Shown: one piece after another, positions 1 to 16,399 of the stretch
How the letters are laid out: each line of letters begins with the position of its first letter
How positions within the stretch are numbered: the stretch's first letter is position 1
Assembly (NCBI RefSeq): GCF_009914755.1
Contig: NC_060925.1
Strand: one strand, 5' to 3'
DNA from: the human T2T-CHM13v2.0 reference genome, Homo sapiens
Length of the DNA stretch: 64,000 nucleotides
Position numbers and translations under genes: made by a program
Notes under the pieces: model-generated
Database searches by the model: none
What the model was told of the DNA's origin: nothing
Seen by the model: only the letters and a program-made list of their open reading frames with translations

Positions 1-550
1 CAAAACCTTAAATCTCCAGGCTTTTTAAAGCACAAAATATAAATAAAAGCTGGGAAAGTAAACCAAAATTCTTCAGATTGTTCCTCATGAATATCCCCCT
101 TCCTCTGCAATTCTCCAGAGTGGTAACAGATGGGTAGAGGCAGCTCAGGTGAATTACCCAGCTTGCCTCTCAATTCATTCCTCCTCTTCCTCTCAAAGGC
201 TGAAGGCAGGGCCTTTCCAGTCCTCACAACCTGTCCTTCACCTAGTCCCTCCTGACCCAGGGATGGAGGCTTTGAGTCCCACAGTGTGGTGATACAGAGC
301 ACTAGTTGTCACTGCCTGGCTTTATTTAAAGGAACTGCAGTAGGCTTCCTCTGTAGAGCTCTGAAAAGGTTGACTATATAGAGGTCTTGTATGTTTTTAC
401 TTGGTCAAGTATTTCTCACATCTTTTGTTATCAGAGTACCATTCCAATCTCTTAACTTGCAGTTGTGTGGAAAACTGTTTTGTAATGAAAGATCTTCATT
501 GGGGGATTGAGCAGCATTTAATAAAGTCTATGTTTGTATTTTGCCTTATG
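1..550 (+). other. PPP2R5A: Probable terminal 3'UTR of the upstream convergent gene (PP2A B56-alpha)
   Basis: Non-repetitive UTR-like sequence with AATAAA at 520-525 followed by T-rich sequence. Identity comes from the recalled order PPP2R5A(+) / PACC1(-); no coding sequence is in the window. Confidence 0.6.
520..525 (+). terminator. Polyadenylation signal AATAAA (candidate end of the upstream gene)
   Basis: cattt-AATAAA-gtctatgtttgtattttg. Confidence 0.55.
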
Positions 551-907
551 TCATCTTTGCTTCTTTTAGCTCTAAGCTTAGGCATACAGGAGAAGTCTGC
601 CCCCCTTTTTACATACATATGTGTATTTATAGAAACTTTTAAGACAAATTGTGGGACGAAGTCTAATTTAAAAATAGGAAGATTGTGTGCCAAGGTTGAG
701 TGTTCTAGCCCTTTACCAAAATATGTTTTACAGAATATTTGCATAAAATTCTAAGTTCTAGGATATCTTTCCATCATCTTTCATATCCTTGTATGTTAAG
801 AGGATGGGTTTAATTTACTTTGAAGCTAATTTTTCATAATCCATAATAAATAGCACTTCTAGTGAAGAGCAGGGAGCCTGTGGCACAGTTAGAAATCAGG
901 TATTATT

Positions 908-1178
908 GGCTGGGTGCGGTGGCTCGCGCCTGTAATCCCAGCATTTTGGGAGGCCGAGGCGGGCCGATCACCTGAGGTCAGGAGTTCAAGACCAGCCTGG
1001 CCAACATGGTGAAACTCTGTCTCTACTAAAAATATAAAAACTAGCCATGCGTGCTGGTGGGCGTCTACAATCCCAGCTACTCGGGAGGCTGAGGCAAGAG
1101 AATCGCTTGAGCCCGCAATGACCCAAGATGCACTCCAGCCTGGGCGACAGAACAAGATTCTGTCTCAAAAAAAGAGAA
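908..1178 (+). mobile_element. AluS with right-arm deletions
   Basis: GGCTGGGTGCGGTGGCTC head, A-rich tail, TSD agaaatcag..attatt on both sides. Confidence 0.9.
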
Positions 1179-1703
1179 AGAAATCAGACATTATTGTAAT
1201 AAAGTGTTATCTGCTACTGATGTTTACTTCTGCTTTAATATTAAAAACTCTAGCACAGGGGATGCACACTACTCCCAGGTCATCATGAAAGCAGTGTACC
1301 AAAAGGAAGAGCACTAAAATTCTTTTACAACAATAGCTCATGCTTTGTTTTTCTCAAGTAGTAGGTATTGCAGAGTCATCTTGTCATGGCCATCAGGTTA
1401 AGGTGTTCCTTCTAGATTCTCTACACTCACCCAGGGTCAGCTAGTATTGCTGACAGCTGGGGGACAGCGCAGTTAAAAATGATGATCCTACACAAAACAG
1501 AAGGAAAAGGCAAGCGCCTGCCTTTCCAGAAAGTGAAGGTTATGTCTAAATGTCTATTCTGTAGAAGGTTTAGGTATATTTCTTTTACTGAAGAGCAACC
1601 AGAGTAGATTTTGACAGGTTACAGCTAATAAAGGTTTTTCTCTCTGAAAAGGTAAAATCGTTCACTTCCTAATTATGTGCTTACATGAAAGCAGATTTAA
1701 TAG

Positions 1704-2432
<729 letters not shown>

Positions 2433-2609
2433 TCAGACATGCTTTAAAAAAACACACCCCCCTTTTTCACTCCCCTTTTTATCAGTACTGTTAATGTAAG
2501 CTTTTATGCCTGGCTTTGCATTTGCCCTGCAATAAAATAAGATTTTATAAAGAGACCTAGGCTAAAACTTGAATTCTCATGCTTCTGTGGAGCAGAAAAG
2601 TGGCAGGGA

Positions 2610-3899
2610 ATATTTCTTTATACAGTTCACTTTTAATCATTCATCCAAAAAACAGTTTCTTCCCATTTAAAATGCCTATTCATACATTTGAGTTATTCCC
2701 TTTGGATTATCGGAAGCCAGATTACAAAATTTAGGAAATGCTACCAAGTCCTCTTTGAAGCAACAGGCACATAAATAATTTAAAACTCTGGAAACAATTT
2801 TTAGAACCTTAATGTGAAAAATAGACTTTTTTTTAATGCATACTCATTTCTGTCAAAGGCTAGGCTAAAAGCTTTTTGAGGGTCACACTGCGTATACCCC
2901 TTCCTCATATGATGGGTAGTTTTGTGGACACAGTAAAGAGTTAACCCAGCTTCCTCGGGGACACCAGGTCACTCTTTCTGGACACCTGCCATCAGTTGCC
3001 ATGCCTAACAAACCCTTCCCTGGAAGCAGTTAGAACATACCTTGAGAGTTAGATCCATCTTGGGAGTCCAGACTCATACTACCTTTTTGTCCTTGGAAGT
3101 CACCAAATGAAAGTAATTGTGCCCGATGATTGAGCAGATATTCATATTGTCACACTCGTTCCTTTTGTATTAACTTTTATTTACCTGTTAATGAAATCAT
3201 CAAAATACAATGAGTAGGCACCTTCTATGTACATCTGTCCTAGTGCTTTTGAGTGTTAATCTAAACTCATACATCAACAAACATTCTAGCCGGACAAGTA
3301 GGTGGCTACTCAGTCCATTAAGAAACTTAATTACTAGTTTCTAGTAGCCTTAAAGTCTCATTTAACATTTAACAAATCAAAGAGCATGTCAGAGGCTGGA
3401 CATCAATGGCAGATGATGCCAAAGTCATAGGGTTTTGCCTTTGTGTACAGTGCATAGGCTCCAAAGCATGACCTGCACGTCTTGATACTCAGGAATTTTT
3501 GGAAAAAGAAAATCACACTCTTTTGTCCACTTTTAAAAAGTGAAAAGTAGAGCCTTCATTACCCTAGTAGAGCTTAACCTAATACAATACAATGAACCAA
3601 ACAGGAAGAAAGGCATCTTCTACAAACCCTATTCAAAAGTCATTGGCCAGCTCTTTAAAAAGTTTATTAATAATTTAAATATTTAAATAACTTGTAGGTT
3701 TATCCATTAGTCTCTTCTATTAGGCTCTACACCGCCTCTTTTGGGACGGGGTTAGAAGTTCCAGTTTTACATGCTGTTCCTCCCAGCAAGGCCCCATTTC
3801 TTCAAGTGAGTACAGGATTGTTGATAGCTCCGTTTACAAAGTGGAAGTGATGACAGCTCCCATTGATGTGGACAGTTCTCTAAACAACGCGAGGTGACT
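2610..3899 (-). other. PACC1: PACC1 3'UTR (distal end approximate)
   Basis: Follows the TGA at 3900-3902. Minus-strand poly(A) signals: AATAAA at 3663-3668 and 3176-3181, ATTAAA at 2632-2637. Confidence 0.65.
3176..3181 (-). terminator. PACC1: Polyadenylation signal AATAAA for PACC1
   Basis: tttatt on the plus strand, about 720 nt downstream of the stop. Confidence 0.6.
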
Positions 3900-4061
3900 T
3901 CAGCTTATGTGGCTCGTTGCCTGACCTCTTCTTTTAAGGTATCTCTTTCTAATTTTGATCATCCATTTTATACTCAGTTTGGCAAACTCTGCTGCTTTAA
4001 ATAATGCCAAGAAGGCGCCACAGAGAAGAGCAATTGTGTTCCAAGGATTGGCAGTGACTAT
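3900..4061 (-). CDS. PACC1: PACC1 exon 8 ([26 protein letters not shown]...SHIS*; TM2, K319)
   Basis: Acceptor tttgcttcacAG|ATA; TGA stop; in ORF 3900..4082. Confidence 0.97.
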   Translation of the reverse strand: MVTANPWNTIALLCGAFLALFKAAEFAKLSIKWMIKIRKRYLKRRGQATSHIS

Positions 4062-4114
4062 CTGTGAAGCAAACAGAAACAAACAGGATTACTGGTTTGC
4101 TTCAGTCTTGATTC

Positions 4115-4300
4115 TTTTTTTTTTTTTTTTTTTTGAGATGGAGTTTCGCTCTTGTCACCCAGGCTTGTGTGCGTGGCGCAATCTCGGCTCAGTGCAAGCT
4201 CCGCTTCCTGGGTTCAAGCAATTCTCCTGCCTCAGCCTCCCGAGTAGCTGGGATTACAGGAACCTGCCACCACACCTGGCTAATTTTTTGTATGTTTAGT
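4115..4300 (-). mobile_element. 5'-truncated Alu (right arm)
   Basis: poly-T then GAGATGGAGTTTCGCTC, ending after the linker. Confidence 0.88.
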
Positions 4301-4963
4301 AGTGTTATTATCAAGAGCCCTTCCCAAATTATTGGGACTATAAGAAAAATACCTGGGTTCTGAAACTGTCATAACTCTATATACTTCATTCAGACTATAC
4401 TTTTAATGTCCATAGCTCAGTTTGAGGAGAAAAATACTGACTCCTCCCTATAATAAAGTGATTCTGAAAGAAAGCTGTTTTTCAAAAAAGCTCTGCACAA
4501 ATAAGATAGGCAATATTTAATTTTGTGGCCTAATCCAACAATAAGTGACCTTGCTTTGAGATGAATTTCCCTAAAACTATACCCAGTCCATAAGAAGGTG
4601 AGCTCCTCTTGTTCCCATCTCATAGTTACCATAGTTTCAAGTGTTTCCTCATTTCTAGTCCAATGGCTGTCTTTCCTCCCAAACTTAGAGGAGGATTCCT
4701 GCCTCCAGTCCTCTGCTCTTTTCCCCATCTACGATGCTTTCCTCCTGTCTAGGTTTACTCATCCTTCAAAGTCTCAGAGCTTTCCCTGACCACTAAGCTA
4801 AAACCCTTTCTGGACTTCAGCAGAGCTATTTATCCTATGAATGCCCTTCACAGTTCCTTATGGTCTGGAATCAATAATTTAAAACAATAGGATTGTTCTC
4901 TCACTAACTCTTGAAGGCAGAGTTGTAACTCTTTAAGGCAGAGTTCTTATCTTGGATTTCTGA

Positions 4964-5248
<285 letters not shown>

Positions 5249-7440
5249 TAAAATACTTCTAAGCTCAATTTAGCAGGGTGACCTTAGTATGCATTTCATT
5301 GTTCACATATGAAAATGGTGATACCACCACTTGACTGCTGTGAAGCTGAGTAAAGCATGCCTCGGGTACTGGGCTCCACTTGGCCCATAATAGGTACCTC
5401 ATACTGAATATAGTAGGTTAAAAAATGTTTTATCACACATTACACAACGAGCTGCAAGCCCTTCTCCCCAGTCTTGATTCAATAAGCCTCTGCACATCCC
5501 TCTTCATACAAAGCCTTGCCAGTCCATAATTAATAGTGGTAGTGGGTGATAGCAGAGCAAGCACATCCGTATCACAGAATCCCCACCTGGGGGTGGAAGC
5601 TTACACGTTTGGGTCTCAGCTATGAAACTGTTTCCTGTAAGCCATGATCACATCAGGATATATTATGATGACATGAATGCCAATCAATACTAGATTTAGG
5701 CCTGGCTCTGGTGGACGGTGTGTCTTAAATGTTCCTTTAGCAAAGCTGTCCAATTATTCCTCCCCTTCCAAGATCATGAGTCAGAATTTGACGTTAGAGG
5801 AGGTGGAGCCAGATGGCTAAAGAGAACCCTCCAGCGATAGTCCTCTGCAGCAACACCAAACTCAGCTATCCATGTAAGAAAGTATCTACACAAGAGCCAA
5901 AAAACCAGGTGAGAGATCACAGTATCTGGTTTAGTATAATAACAGGAAAAGACACACTGAAGAAGAGTAGAAAGGAGGGTCTCACGCTGCCTACACACCC
6001 CTCCCCCAACCTTAGGCAGTGCAGCAGAGAGAATCTGTGAGCTTGGGAGAGGGAAGTGAGTCTGGAACTTGCATTGGAACTTCACAAGGGAAAACAGCAC
6101 CAGGCAGAATTCTGAGGCCCTGATTCCAGGCTAGAGCCCGTGAAAAGAGTATTAGGCCCACCCCAGATCAGAGGGGCATCTACCACCCCAGTGGGAGGAA
6201 ACCAAGTCTGGGCCCACTTTACAATAGACTAAAGTGGCCTTAGGCCCCAAATAATTTCAGTGGCAGCCAGGCCATAGCAACCACAGCTCTGATACTGCAC
6301 TGGTCTGGGAGTCTGTGGGTTTGGGGTGTGATCCAGCATGACACCAGCTGCCTCAACTCCAGGCAGTGCAGCATGGTGGAACACTCCTGCTTGGGCAAAG
6401 GAGAGGGAAGAGTATGAGGGACTTTGCCTTGGAACCTAGTACCAGCCCTGCCACAGCACCAGGAAGAATCCCGAATCCCCTAATTATAGGCTATTGCTCC
6501 CAAATGGCACTTCTAAACCCACCCTGGCCAAAAGGCAATCGGCCACCCTAGCAGGATGGACCCAAACCCCAGCCAGCTTCACCACTGGCTGACTAAAGTG
6601 GCCTTAAGCAAACCCCAGTATTGCATTGGTTTAGGAGGGACCCAGGGTGGTGCCAGCTGTGACAGCCATGGGAGTACCTGCCTTACCCCTCCCCAACTCC
6701 AGGCAACTCAGAGCAGAGAGACTCCTTCCCCTTGAGGGAAAGATAAGGGACTTTGCCTGGGAACCCCCAGGGCATTCTCTCTGATCCTCCCCAAGTACAT
6801 CAGGGCTGGATATCTAGAAGTCTACAAGATAGTCACAGTGTAACTTGGCTTAGACTGCCCTCTAGTGCTGAAACAGCTGCAGTGACTGACTACACGCTTA
6901 GGGAACTCATCATCAGTCACCTTTCAATTTGTAGAAAATCTCCTGAAGATAGATGGGTATAAACAAGGGCAGACTGTGAAGACTGAAATAAACACCTAAA
7001 TCTTCAATGCCCATAGACAGACGTACACAAGCACCAGAAAAGTTCAGAGAAATACAATCTCATCAAACAGACTAAGGTGCCAGTGACCAATCCGGGAGAG
7101 AGAGATGTGTGACCACTCAGGGAATTCAAAATAGATGTTCTGAGGAAACTCCAGGAACTTCAATGAAACACAAAGACTCAATTCAGAAATTTATCAAAGA
7201 AATTCAACAGAGATTAAAATAATTTTTAAAAATTCAAATAAAAATCCTAGAGCTGAAAAGTACAATTAACAGACTGAAAAATGCATCAGAGTGCCTCAAA
7301 CACAGAATTGATCAAGCAGAAGAATTAGTGAGCTTAAAGACAAATTATATGAAAATACACAAATAAAAAAAAAAGAATGAAGAACACTCACAAGGTCTAG
7401 AAAATAGCCTCAAAAGGGTAAATCAAGAGTCAATGGCCTT

Positions 7441-7850
<410 letters not shown>

Positions 7851-8110
7851 TTAAAATAACTTGTTTTAACTGCAAGATGTTTTTTATAAGCCTTATGGTA
7901 ACCATAAAGCAAAAACCTATAATGGATATAATAAAAATAAAAAGTAAGGAATTTAAAGAGATAATCATTTATCCACAAAGACAGTAAGAAGAATGAAGTT
8001 ACAAAACCAAAAAACAAAAAACGAAATAGCCGTAGTAAGTCCTTCTCTATCAGTAATAATATTGAATGTAAATGGACCAAATTCTTAAGACACAGTTGCT
8101 GAATTTATTA

Positions 8111-8545
<435 letters not shown>

Positions 8546-8875
8546 CTATACCTGTAACAGATAAAATAGACTTCAAGTCAAAAACTGGAAAAAGAGACAA
8601 ATATCATTATGTAATGATGAGGGAGTCAATTCAACAAGAAGATACAACAACTGTAAATATGTATGCATCCAGTATCATCAAAGAAACCACATATATAAAG
8701 CAAATATTAATAGATCTAAAGGGAGAGACAGACTGCAATACAGTAATAGTAGGGGACATCAACGTCCGACTCACAAAAATGGACAGCTTATCTAGACAGA
8801 AAATCAACAAACATGGGATTTAAACTATACTCTAGACCAAATGGACCTAACTGACATTTACAAAACATTTCATCT

Positions 8876-9254
<379 letters not shown>

Positions 9255-9656
9255 CTAATTCAGAAAAATTAAAATCATATTAAGTATCTTGTCTGACCAC
9301 AGTGGAATAAAACTAGAAATCAATAATGAGGAATTTTGGAAACTGTACAAATACATGGAAATTAAACATGATGCTCCTTAGTGACCAAAGGTCAATGAAG
9401 AAATTAAGAAGGAAATTTTAACATTTATTGAACAAATGAAAATGGAAACAATATACCAAAGCCTATGAGATACAGCAAAAGCAGTACTAAGAGGGAAGTT
9501 TATAATAAATGCCTACATCAAAAAAAGTAGAGATTTCAAATAAGCTAACGATCACCTCAAAGAACGAGAAAAGAACAAACCCAAATTTATCAGAATAATA
9601 ATTATCAGAGCAGAAATAAATGAAACTGAAACTTAAATGAAAAGTTAGTTGTTTGA

Positions 9657-9992
<336 letters not shown>

Positions 9993-10689
9993 TTAAACAA
10001 AATCTATCTAAGAAAAATATAATGAAGACCCAAATAAATAAAATCACACCAAAATAAAAGACATTACAACTGATGCCACAGTAATATAAAGGATCATTAG
10101 AGACTTAATGAAAAACTATATGCCAATAAAGGAAAACCTAAAAGAAGTGGAAAAATTCCTGGATACATTGTCTACCAAGATTGAACCATGAAGAAACAGA
10201 AAACCTGAATAGACCAATATGAGTAACAAGACAGAGGCAGTAATAAAAGAAAAGCCCAGCACCTGATGGCTTCGTTGCTAAATTCTAACATTAAAAAAAA
10301 ATTAATAGCAATTCTACTCAAACTATTCCAAAAAATTGAAGAATATTCCCAAACTCGGTTCTGCAAGGCCAGCATTACCCTGATACCAAAACAAGACAAA
10401 GACACAACAAAAAATGAAAACTACAGGCCGATATCTCTGATGAACACAGATGCAAAAGTCCTCAACAAAGTATCAGCCAACCAAATTCAATAATACATTA
10501 AAAAGACCATTCACCATGATCAAGAGGGATCCATCTCAGAGATGCAAGGATGATTCAACATATGCAAATCAATAAATGTAATACATCACATTAACAGAAT
10601 CAAGAACAAAAATCATGTAATCATTTCAATAGATGGTAAAAAAGCATTTAATAAAATTCAACATACTATCATGATAAAAACTCTCAATG

Positions 10690-11012
10690 TGCCGGATATG
10701 GTGGCTCACTCCTGTAATCCCAGCACTTTGGGAGGCCGAGGTGGGCAGATCACTTGAGGTCAGGAGTTTGAGACCAGCCTGGCCAACATGGTGAAACCTC
10801 ATCTCCACTAAAAATACAAAAATTAGCTGGGCATGGTGATGTGCACCTGTAATCCCAGCTACTCAGGAGGCTGAAGCACAAGAATCATTTGAACCTGGGA
10901 GGCAGGGGTTGTAGTGAGCTGAGATCATGCCACTGCACTCCAGGCTGGGAGACAGAATGAAACTGTGTCAAAAAAAAAAACAAAAAACAAAAAACAAAAA
11001 AAAAACAAAAAA
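10690..11012 (+). mobile_element. AluS nested in L1
   Basis: Full dimer with A/C-rich tail. Confidence 0.9.
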
Positions 11013-13798
11013 CTCAACAAACTGAGTATAGAAGGAACATACCACAATAAAGGCCATACATGACAAACCCACAGCTAACATCATATGGGGAAAAATTCAA
11101 AGTCTTTCTTCTAAGATCTGGAACAAGACAAGGGTGCCTACTTTCATTATTTTTGTTCAACATAATACTGGAAGTCCTAGCCAGAGCAATTAGACAAGAG
11201 AAAGAAATAAAGGGCATCTGAATTGAAAAGAAGTCAAACTGTCTTTGTTTGCACATGATATGATCTTATATTTTGAAAAACCTAAACACTCCACCAAAAA
11301 ACTGGTAGACCTGATAAATTCAGTAAAGTCACAGGATACAAAATCAACACACCCAAATCAGGAATATTTCTATATGCTAACAGCGAGCAATCTAAAAAAC
11401 TTATAGCAATGCAAGAATAAAATAAAAAAGAGAGCAATCCCATTTATAATAGCTATAAAAATATAAAATACCTAGGAATAAATTTAACCAAAGAAGTAAA
11501 AAAATCGCTATAATGAAAACTGTAAAAATAGGGATGAAAAAATTGAACAGGACACAAAAAATGGAAAAATATCCTATGGTTCATGGATTGGAAGAACTAG
11601 CATAATGTCCACACTACCCAAAGCAATCTACAGATTGAATGCAATTCCTATAAAATACCAATGACATTCTTTACAGAAGTAGAAAAAAAATCCTAAATTT
11701 TGTATGGAACTACAAAAAACCCCAGATAGCCAAACCAATCCTGGGCAAAAAGAACAAAGCTGAAGGCATCACACTACCTGACTTCAAAATATACTACAAA
11801 GTTATAGTAAACAAAGCAGCATGGTATTGGCATAAAAACAGACACATAGACCAATGGAACAGAACAGAGAATCTAGAAATAAATCCATGTATATGCAACG
11901 AACTCATTTTTGACAAAGGCACCAAGAAAATACAATTGGGAAAGGATAATCTCTTCAATAAATGGTGCTGGGAAAATTGGATATCCATATGCAGAAGAAT
12001 GAAACTAGACCCCTATCTCTTACTATATAGAAAAATCCACTCAAAATAGATTAAAGACTCAAATCTAAGACTTGAAATTATGAAACTAGAAGAAAACACT
12101 GGGATAATGCTTTAGGACACTGGTCTGGACAAAGATCTTTTTGGTAAGACCTCAAAAAGCAGAGTCAACAAAGGCGAAAACAGAAAAATGGGATTACATT
12201 AAGCTAAAAAGCTTCTGTACAGCAAAGGAAACAATCAACAAAGTTAAGAGACAACCTACAGAATGAGAGAAATTATTTGCAAACTATGCATCCAACAAGG
12301 GATTAGTAACCAGAATATATAAGGAACTCAAACAACTCAATAGCAAAAAAAGCCAAATAATTCAATTTTAAAATGGGCAAGAGATCTGAATAGAGATTTA
12401 TCCCAAAAGATGATATTCAAATGGCCAAAAGGCATATGAAAATATGCTCAACAACACTAATCAATCAGGGAAATGCAAACCAAATCCAAAATAAGGTTAT
12501 CACCTCCCCTCAGTTAAAATGACCACTATCAAAAAGACAGTAAGTAACAGATGCTGGTGAAGATGTGGAAAAAGGGGAATGCTTGTATACTGTTGGTGGG
12601 AATGTAATAATTTACATTATTAAACTCACTATGAAAAAACAGTATGGAGGTTCCTCAAAAAGCTAAAACTAGAACTACCATATGATCCAGCAATCTCATT
12701 GCTGGGTGCATATCCAAAAGAAAGGAAATCAAAAAAGAAAAGAAAAAAAAAAAAAAAGGAAATCAGTGTATCAAAGAGATATCCGCACTCCCATGTTTAC
12801 TGTAGCACTATTCACAACAGCCAAGATATGGAATCAACTCAAGTATCCATCAACACTTAGGATGAATGGATAAGGAAAATGTGGTGTGTATATATATATA
12901 TAAAACACAATGGAATATTATTCAGCCATTAAAGAATGAAATCCTGTCATTTGCAGCAAAACGAATGAAACTGGAGAACATTATGTTAAGTGAAATAAGC
13001 CAGGCACAGAAAAACAAATACCACACGTTCTCACTCATGTGGGAGCTTAAAAAAAAATGAGTCTCATGGAGGTAGCGAGTAAAATGGTGGTTACCAGAGG
13101 CTGGGAAGGGTTGGGGGAAGCAGGAGATGAAGAGAAATTGGTTAATGGGTACAAAAATACAGTAAGATAGATGACATGATAATACAGTAGAGCAATTATA
13201 GTTAACAAGAATGTATTATATATTTCAAAATAGCTAGAAGAATGTTCCCAATGCAAGGAAATTATAAATGTTTGAGATGATGGATAACCCAACTACCCTG
13301 ATTTTTGATCATTAGACTTTGTCTGCATTTATCAAAATATTACATGTACCACATAAATATGTATATTATGTATCAATTTTTTTAAAATATGGCATTAATT
13401 AATGCTTTGTTAATATTTTATTTGTACCATTATGTTCTTACTACAAGTAGTATTTATCCTACAGGGAACCATTAAGAAAAAGAATAACTTGCAACTGCAG
13501 TAACCTGTATAGTGGTAACTTAATGCTTTCTACTCAATTTATTCAACGAACATTACTACTAAGCAGCTACTTTGCACTAAGCACTCCACTATATCCCAGA
13601 TAAATTATGGTGAGCAAAATGAAAGTCCCCCTCCTTTACAGAGAAAGTCTAGTGATGAAGACAAGACCAAACACAAAGAATATATAACATTGATGTCATA
13701 AATATAAATTACAAGCTGATTTGTGCTATGAAAAAAGATGAGGACAGGTAGGTAGACTTATCAGTCTACAAGAATGAGCCAAAAGACTTCAGGGCAGC

Positions 13799-13880
13799 AT
13801 CATAATCTTAAATAATACATCTATCATAATCTTAAATAATACTATCATAATCTTAAATAATACTATCATAATCTTAAATA
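13799..13880. repeat. AT-rich minisatellite, about 4 copies of 21-bp ATCATAATCTTAAATAATACT
   Basis: Units start at 13799, 13823, 13844 and 13865. Confidence 0.95.
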
Positions 13881-13885
13881 CTCAC

Positions 13886-13993
13886 ATCTTGGACTTTCTG
13901 GATGAAAGGATCTTTCCATTCAAAGACCACAAAAAACAATTGAGCACTTTTTTTGGCAGCTGGCCTCTGGTCAATGTAGTTAACCACACTTGT
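13886..13993 (-). CDS. PACC1: PACC1 exon 7 (TSVVNYIDQRP...FIQKVQD)
   Basis: Acceptor ctccacatctAG|ACA; donor GAT|GTGAGT; 108 nt, phase 0/0. Confidence 0.96.
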
Positions 13994-14295
13994 CTAGATG
14001 TGGAGGAGAGAAAGCAGTGTTACCACCTCTGTGTGCCCTTCCCTTGCCTGTGCCCAGCGAAAGGAGAGAGAGTAGGCAGGGGATCATAGTCTGTGGTTCT
14101 CCTCACACTATTTTTTGGAGAGAGAGTGGCAAAAATCTCATATATACAAGATCCTGACATTGGTAGCAAAGCCAAGGCTTTACCTTGGTTTCCACAGTTC
14201 TCTGGGGAAATGGGATCTGTGATTTACAATAGGTGTTTTGGATTGTCACTGAAATTTGTCACTAGGTATCTGTACTCACAATTAAACCATATTCA

Positions 14296-14615
<320 letters not shown>

Positions 14616-16254
14616 CTACCATGTAAGACTCACAATTAAAAGCAATAAAAATTCCAAATTTCAAAGTACTTGGTTTTCAGATCAAGTATTTCTCTGAATT
14701 TTCAACCTTTGTTTCAACCCTTCAAGTTTACAGGGACAAAGCACAGCTGCATAGATCCACACAGCTGAGCATTCCCTGTAAATACTTAGTAGGTGTGCTT
14801 GGTGAGATCTGGTTGTCAATTACTAAAGACGCTGTGTGGTGTAACGGAGAGCAGACAGGTAACAAAGGCAGAAACCAGCTCCACCCAGAGGCTCGGATCC
14901 ATCATCGAAGCTGAGCCTCAGCTTTGCCACCCACAAAGCTGAACAAAATGCCTACGTCACTACAGTATAGGGGCATACCTATGTGAGAGCACTCTAAACT
15001 CTAAAATGTGATTTTAAAACACATTTTTTAGTTTTGTTCAAAAGAGCTCATAATGCCAACAAAAGACTTCCAATTTAGACAGTAATAAAAGATGCTAAAA
15101 TTTCTTTAATGTACAGGTTCACTAGAGTTTTCACCCTTTGGTTTCGGATCACAGTGGGAGCTATCAGAAAATCCAGGGTAGATGGGGTTGAACTTAATTG
15201 TAAGGTAAGTGAACACAGTCTCCTTCCTCAGAGCTGCTGTGGGGCCAGATAAGAAAGGACTTGAATTTCTTGGAGCAAATTTGGAGGTAAAAATCTGGGA
15301 GATGACAGTTATCTTACAAAACAGGAAGATTTTAAGGTCCAGTCACCAGGAGGGGTTGTCACTTCCCAAGGCAGGAAAAATAGCCTTGCTTCCTTGAAGA
15401 AAACTGGCTTTGAGCCTCTTCCAAGTAACCAGCCTGGACTAGTCTGAGGAGCTAGGGCTCATGACAGGGCCCTGTTTAAGACTAACCCAAGACAGTCTTC
15501 TCCGGCCTAACTTCTGGCCAGTGATGGCCTAGTTGACTGGAGTGTGTCCTTCTGCTCCAGATGAGCATCCCGAGCCACTGGGATACAAGAAGAAAAGACT
15601 AGCTTTTTTTACTATTTATTTTTATCTCATCCTTTTAACATTTCTATTTTTGAATGTTTAAAGTGTATATAACACTAAGACAATAATAGTATGTTATATC
15701 ACCTGCAGAGTTATATGTATATGGAGTATATGATCAAAAAGTTTTTACTAATGGGAAATCTGATCAAAAAGCTTTCAGCCCACTGGCCTAGCAGCCAGGA
15801 GATACACCTGGCATCTCTCGCTGTGACACCTGTGAGAGCTGAAGAGGACCTTAGGAAAAGGATCAACATGCACACTTGGGACCACTGTGTCTAGTCTCTC
15901 TTCCCTGCAAATAATCAATCTGCTAGGCCACTGCCAGCCCCTCAAAGTGCTGCTAGATGCAAGACATCAGACACAGCTGGGCGAGTTACTGACCTCTCTG
16001 CAAGCCACAATGATCTCTGCCCCACACATGCATTCCGTGAGGACTGGCCGGTATGTGCGCTGCCTGCAGAAGCACACACAGACTCCCTGGCATAGCATAT
16101 GAAGCCCTCCATGGGAGTCCCTTCTCATCCTGACCAAGGCCTACTCACCCTTAAGGCCCTGCTCAAAGGAGCCTTCTCTGCAAAGCTTCCCTCCACCTCA
16201 GACTCGAATGTGGAAAAGTCACCAGCAGTTTCAAGCAAACCCAGAGCCACCTAC

Positions 16255-16399
16255 CTCCTGCCGGAACTCCACTGCTTCCCGCCCATCCTCCTCCTTGGTC
16301 TTTACCAGTGACATCTTGACCCAGGTGCGGAAGCCCCCAGAGAACTTCCAGCTGGAATAGGCACTCTCACAGGCCTGCATGAAGCCTACCCTGTTTGGG
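16255..16399 (-). CDS. PACC1: PACC1 exon 6 (PNRVGFMQACES...AVEFRQE)
   Basis: Acceptor ccttccttcctccaAG|C; donor GAG|GTAGGT; 145 nt. Confidence 0.96.

Noticed and set aside
401-754. 117-aa ORF in the left flank
   Set aside because: Non-ATG start, crosses the poly(A) signal, and resembles no known protein.
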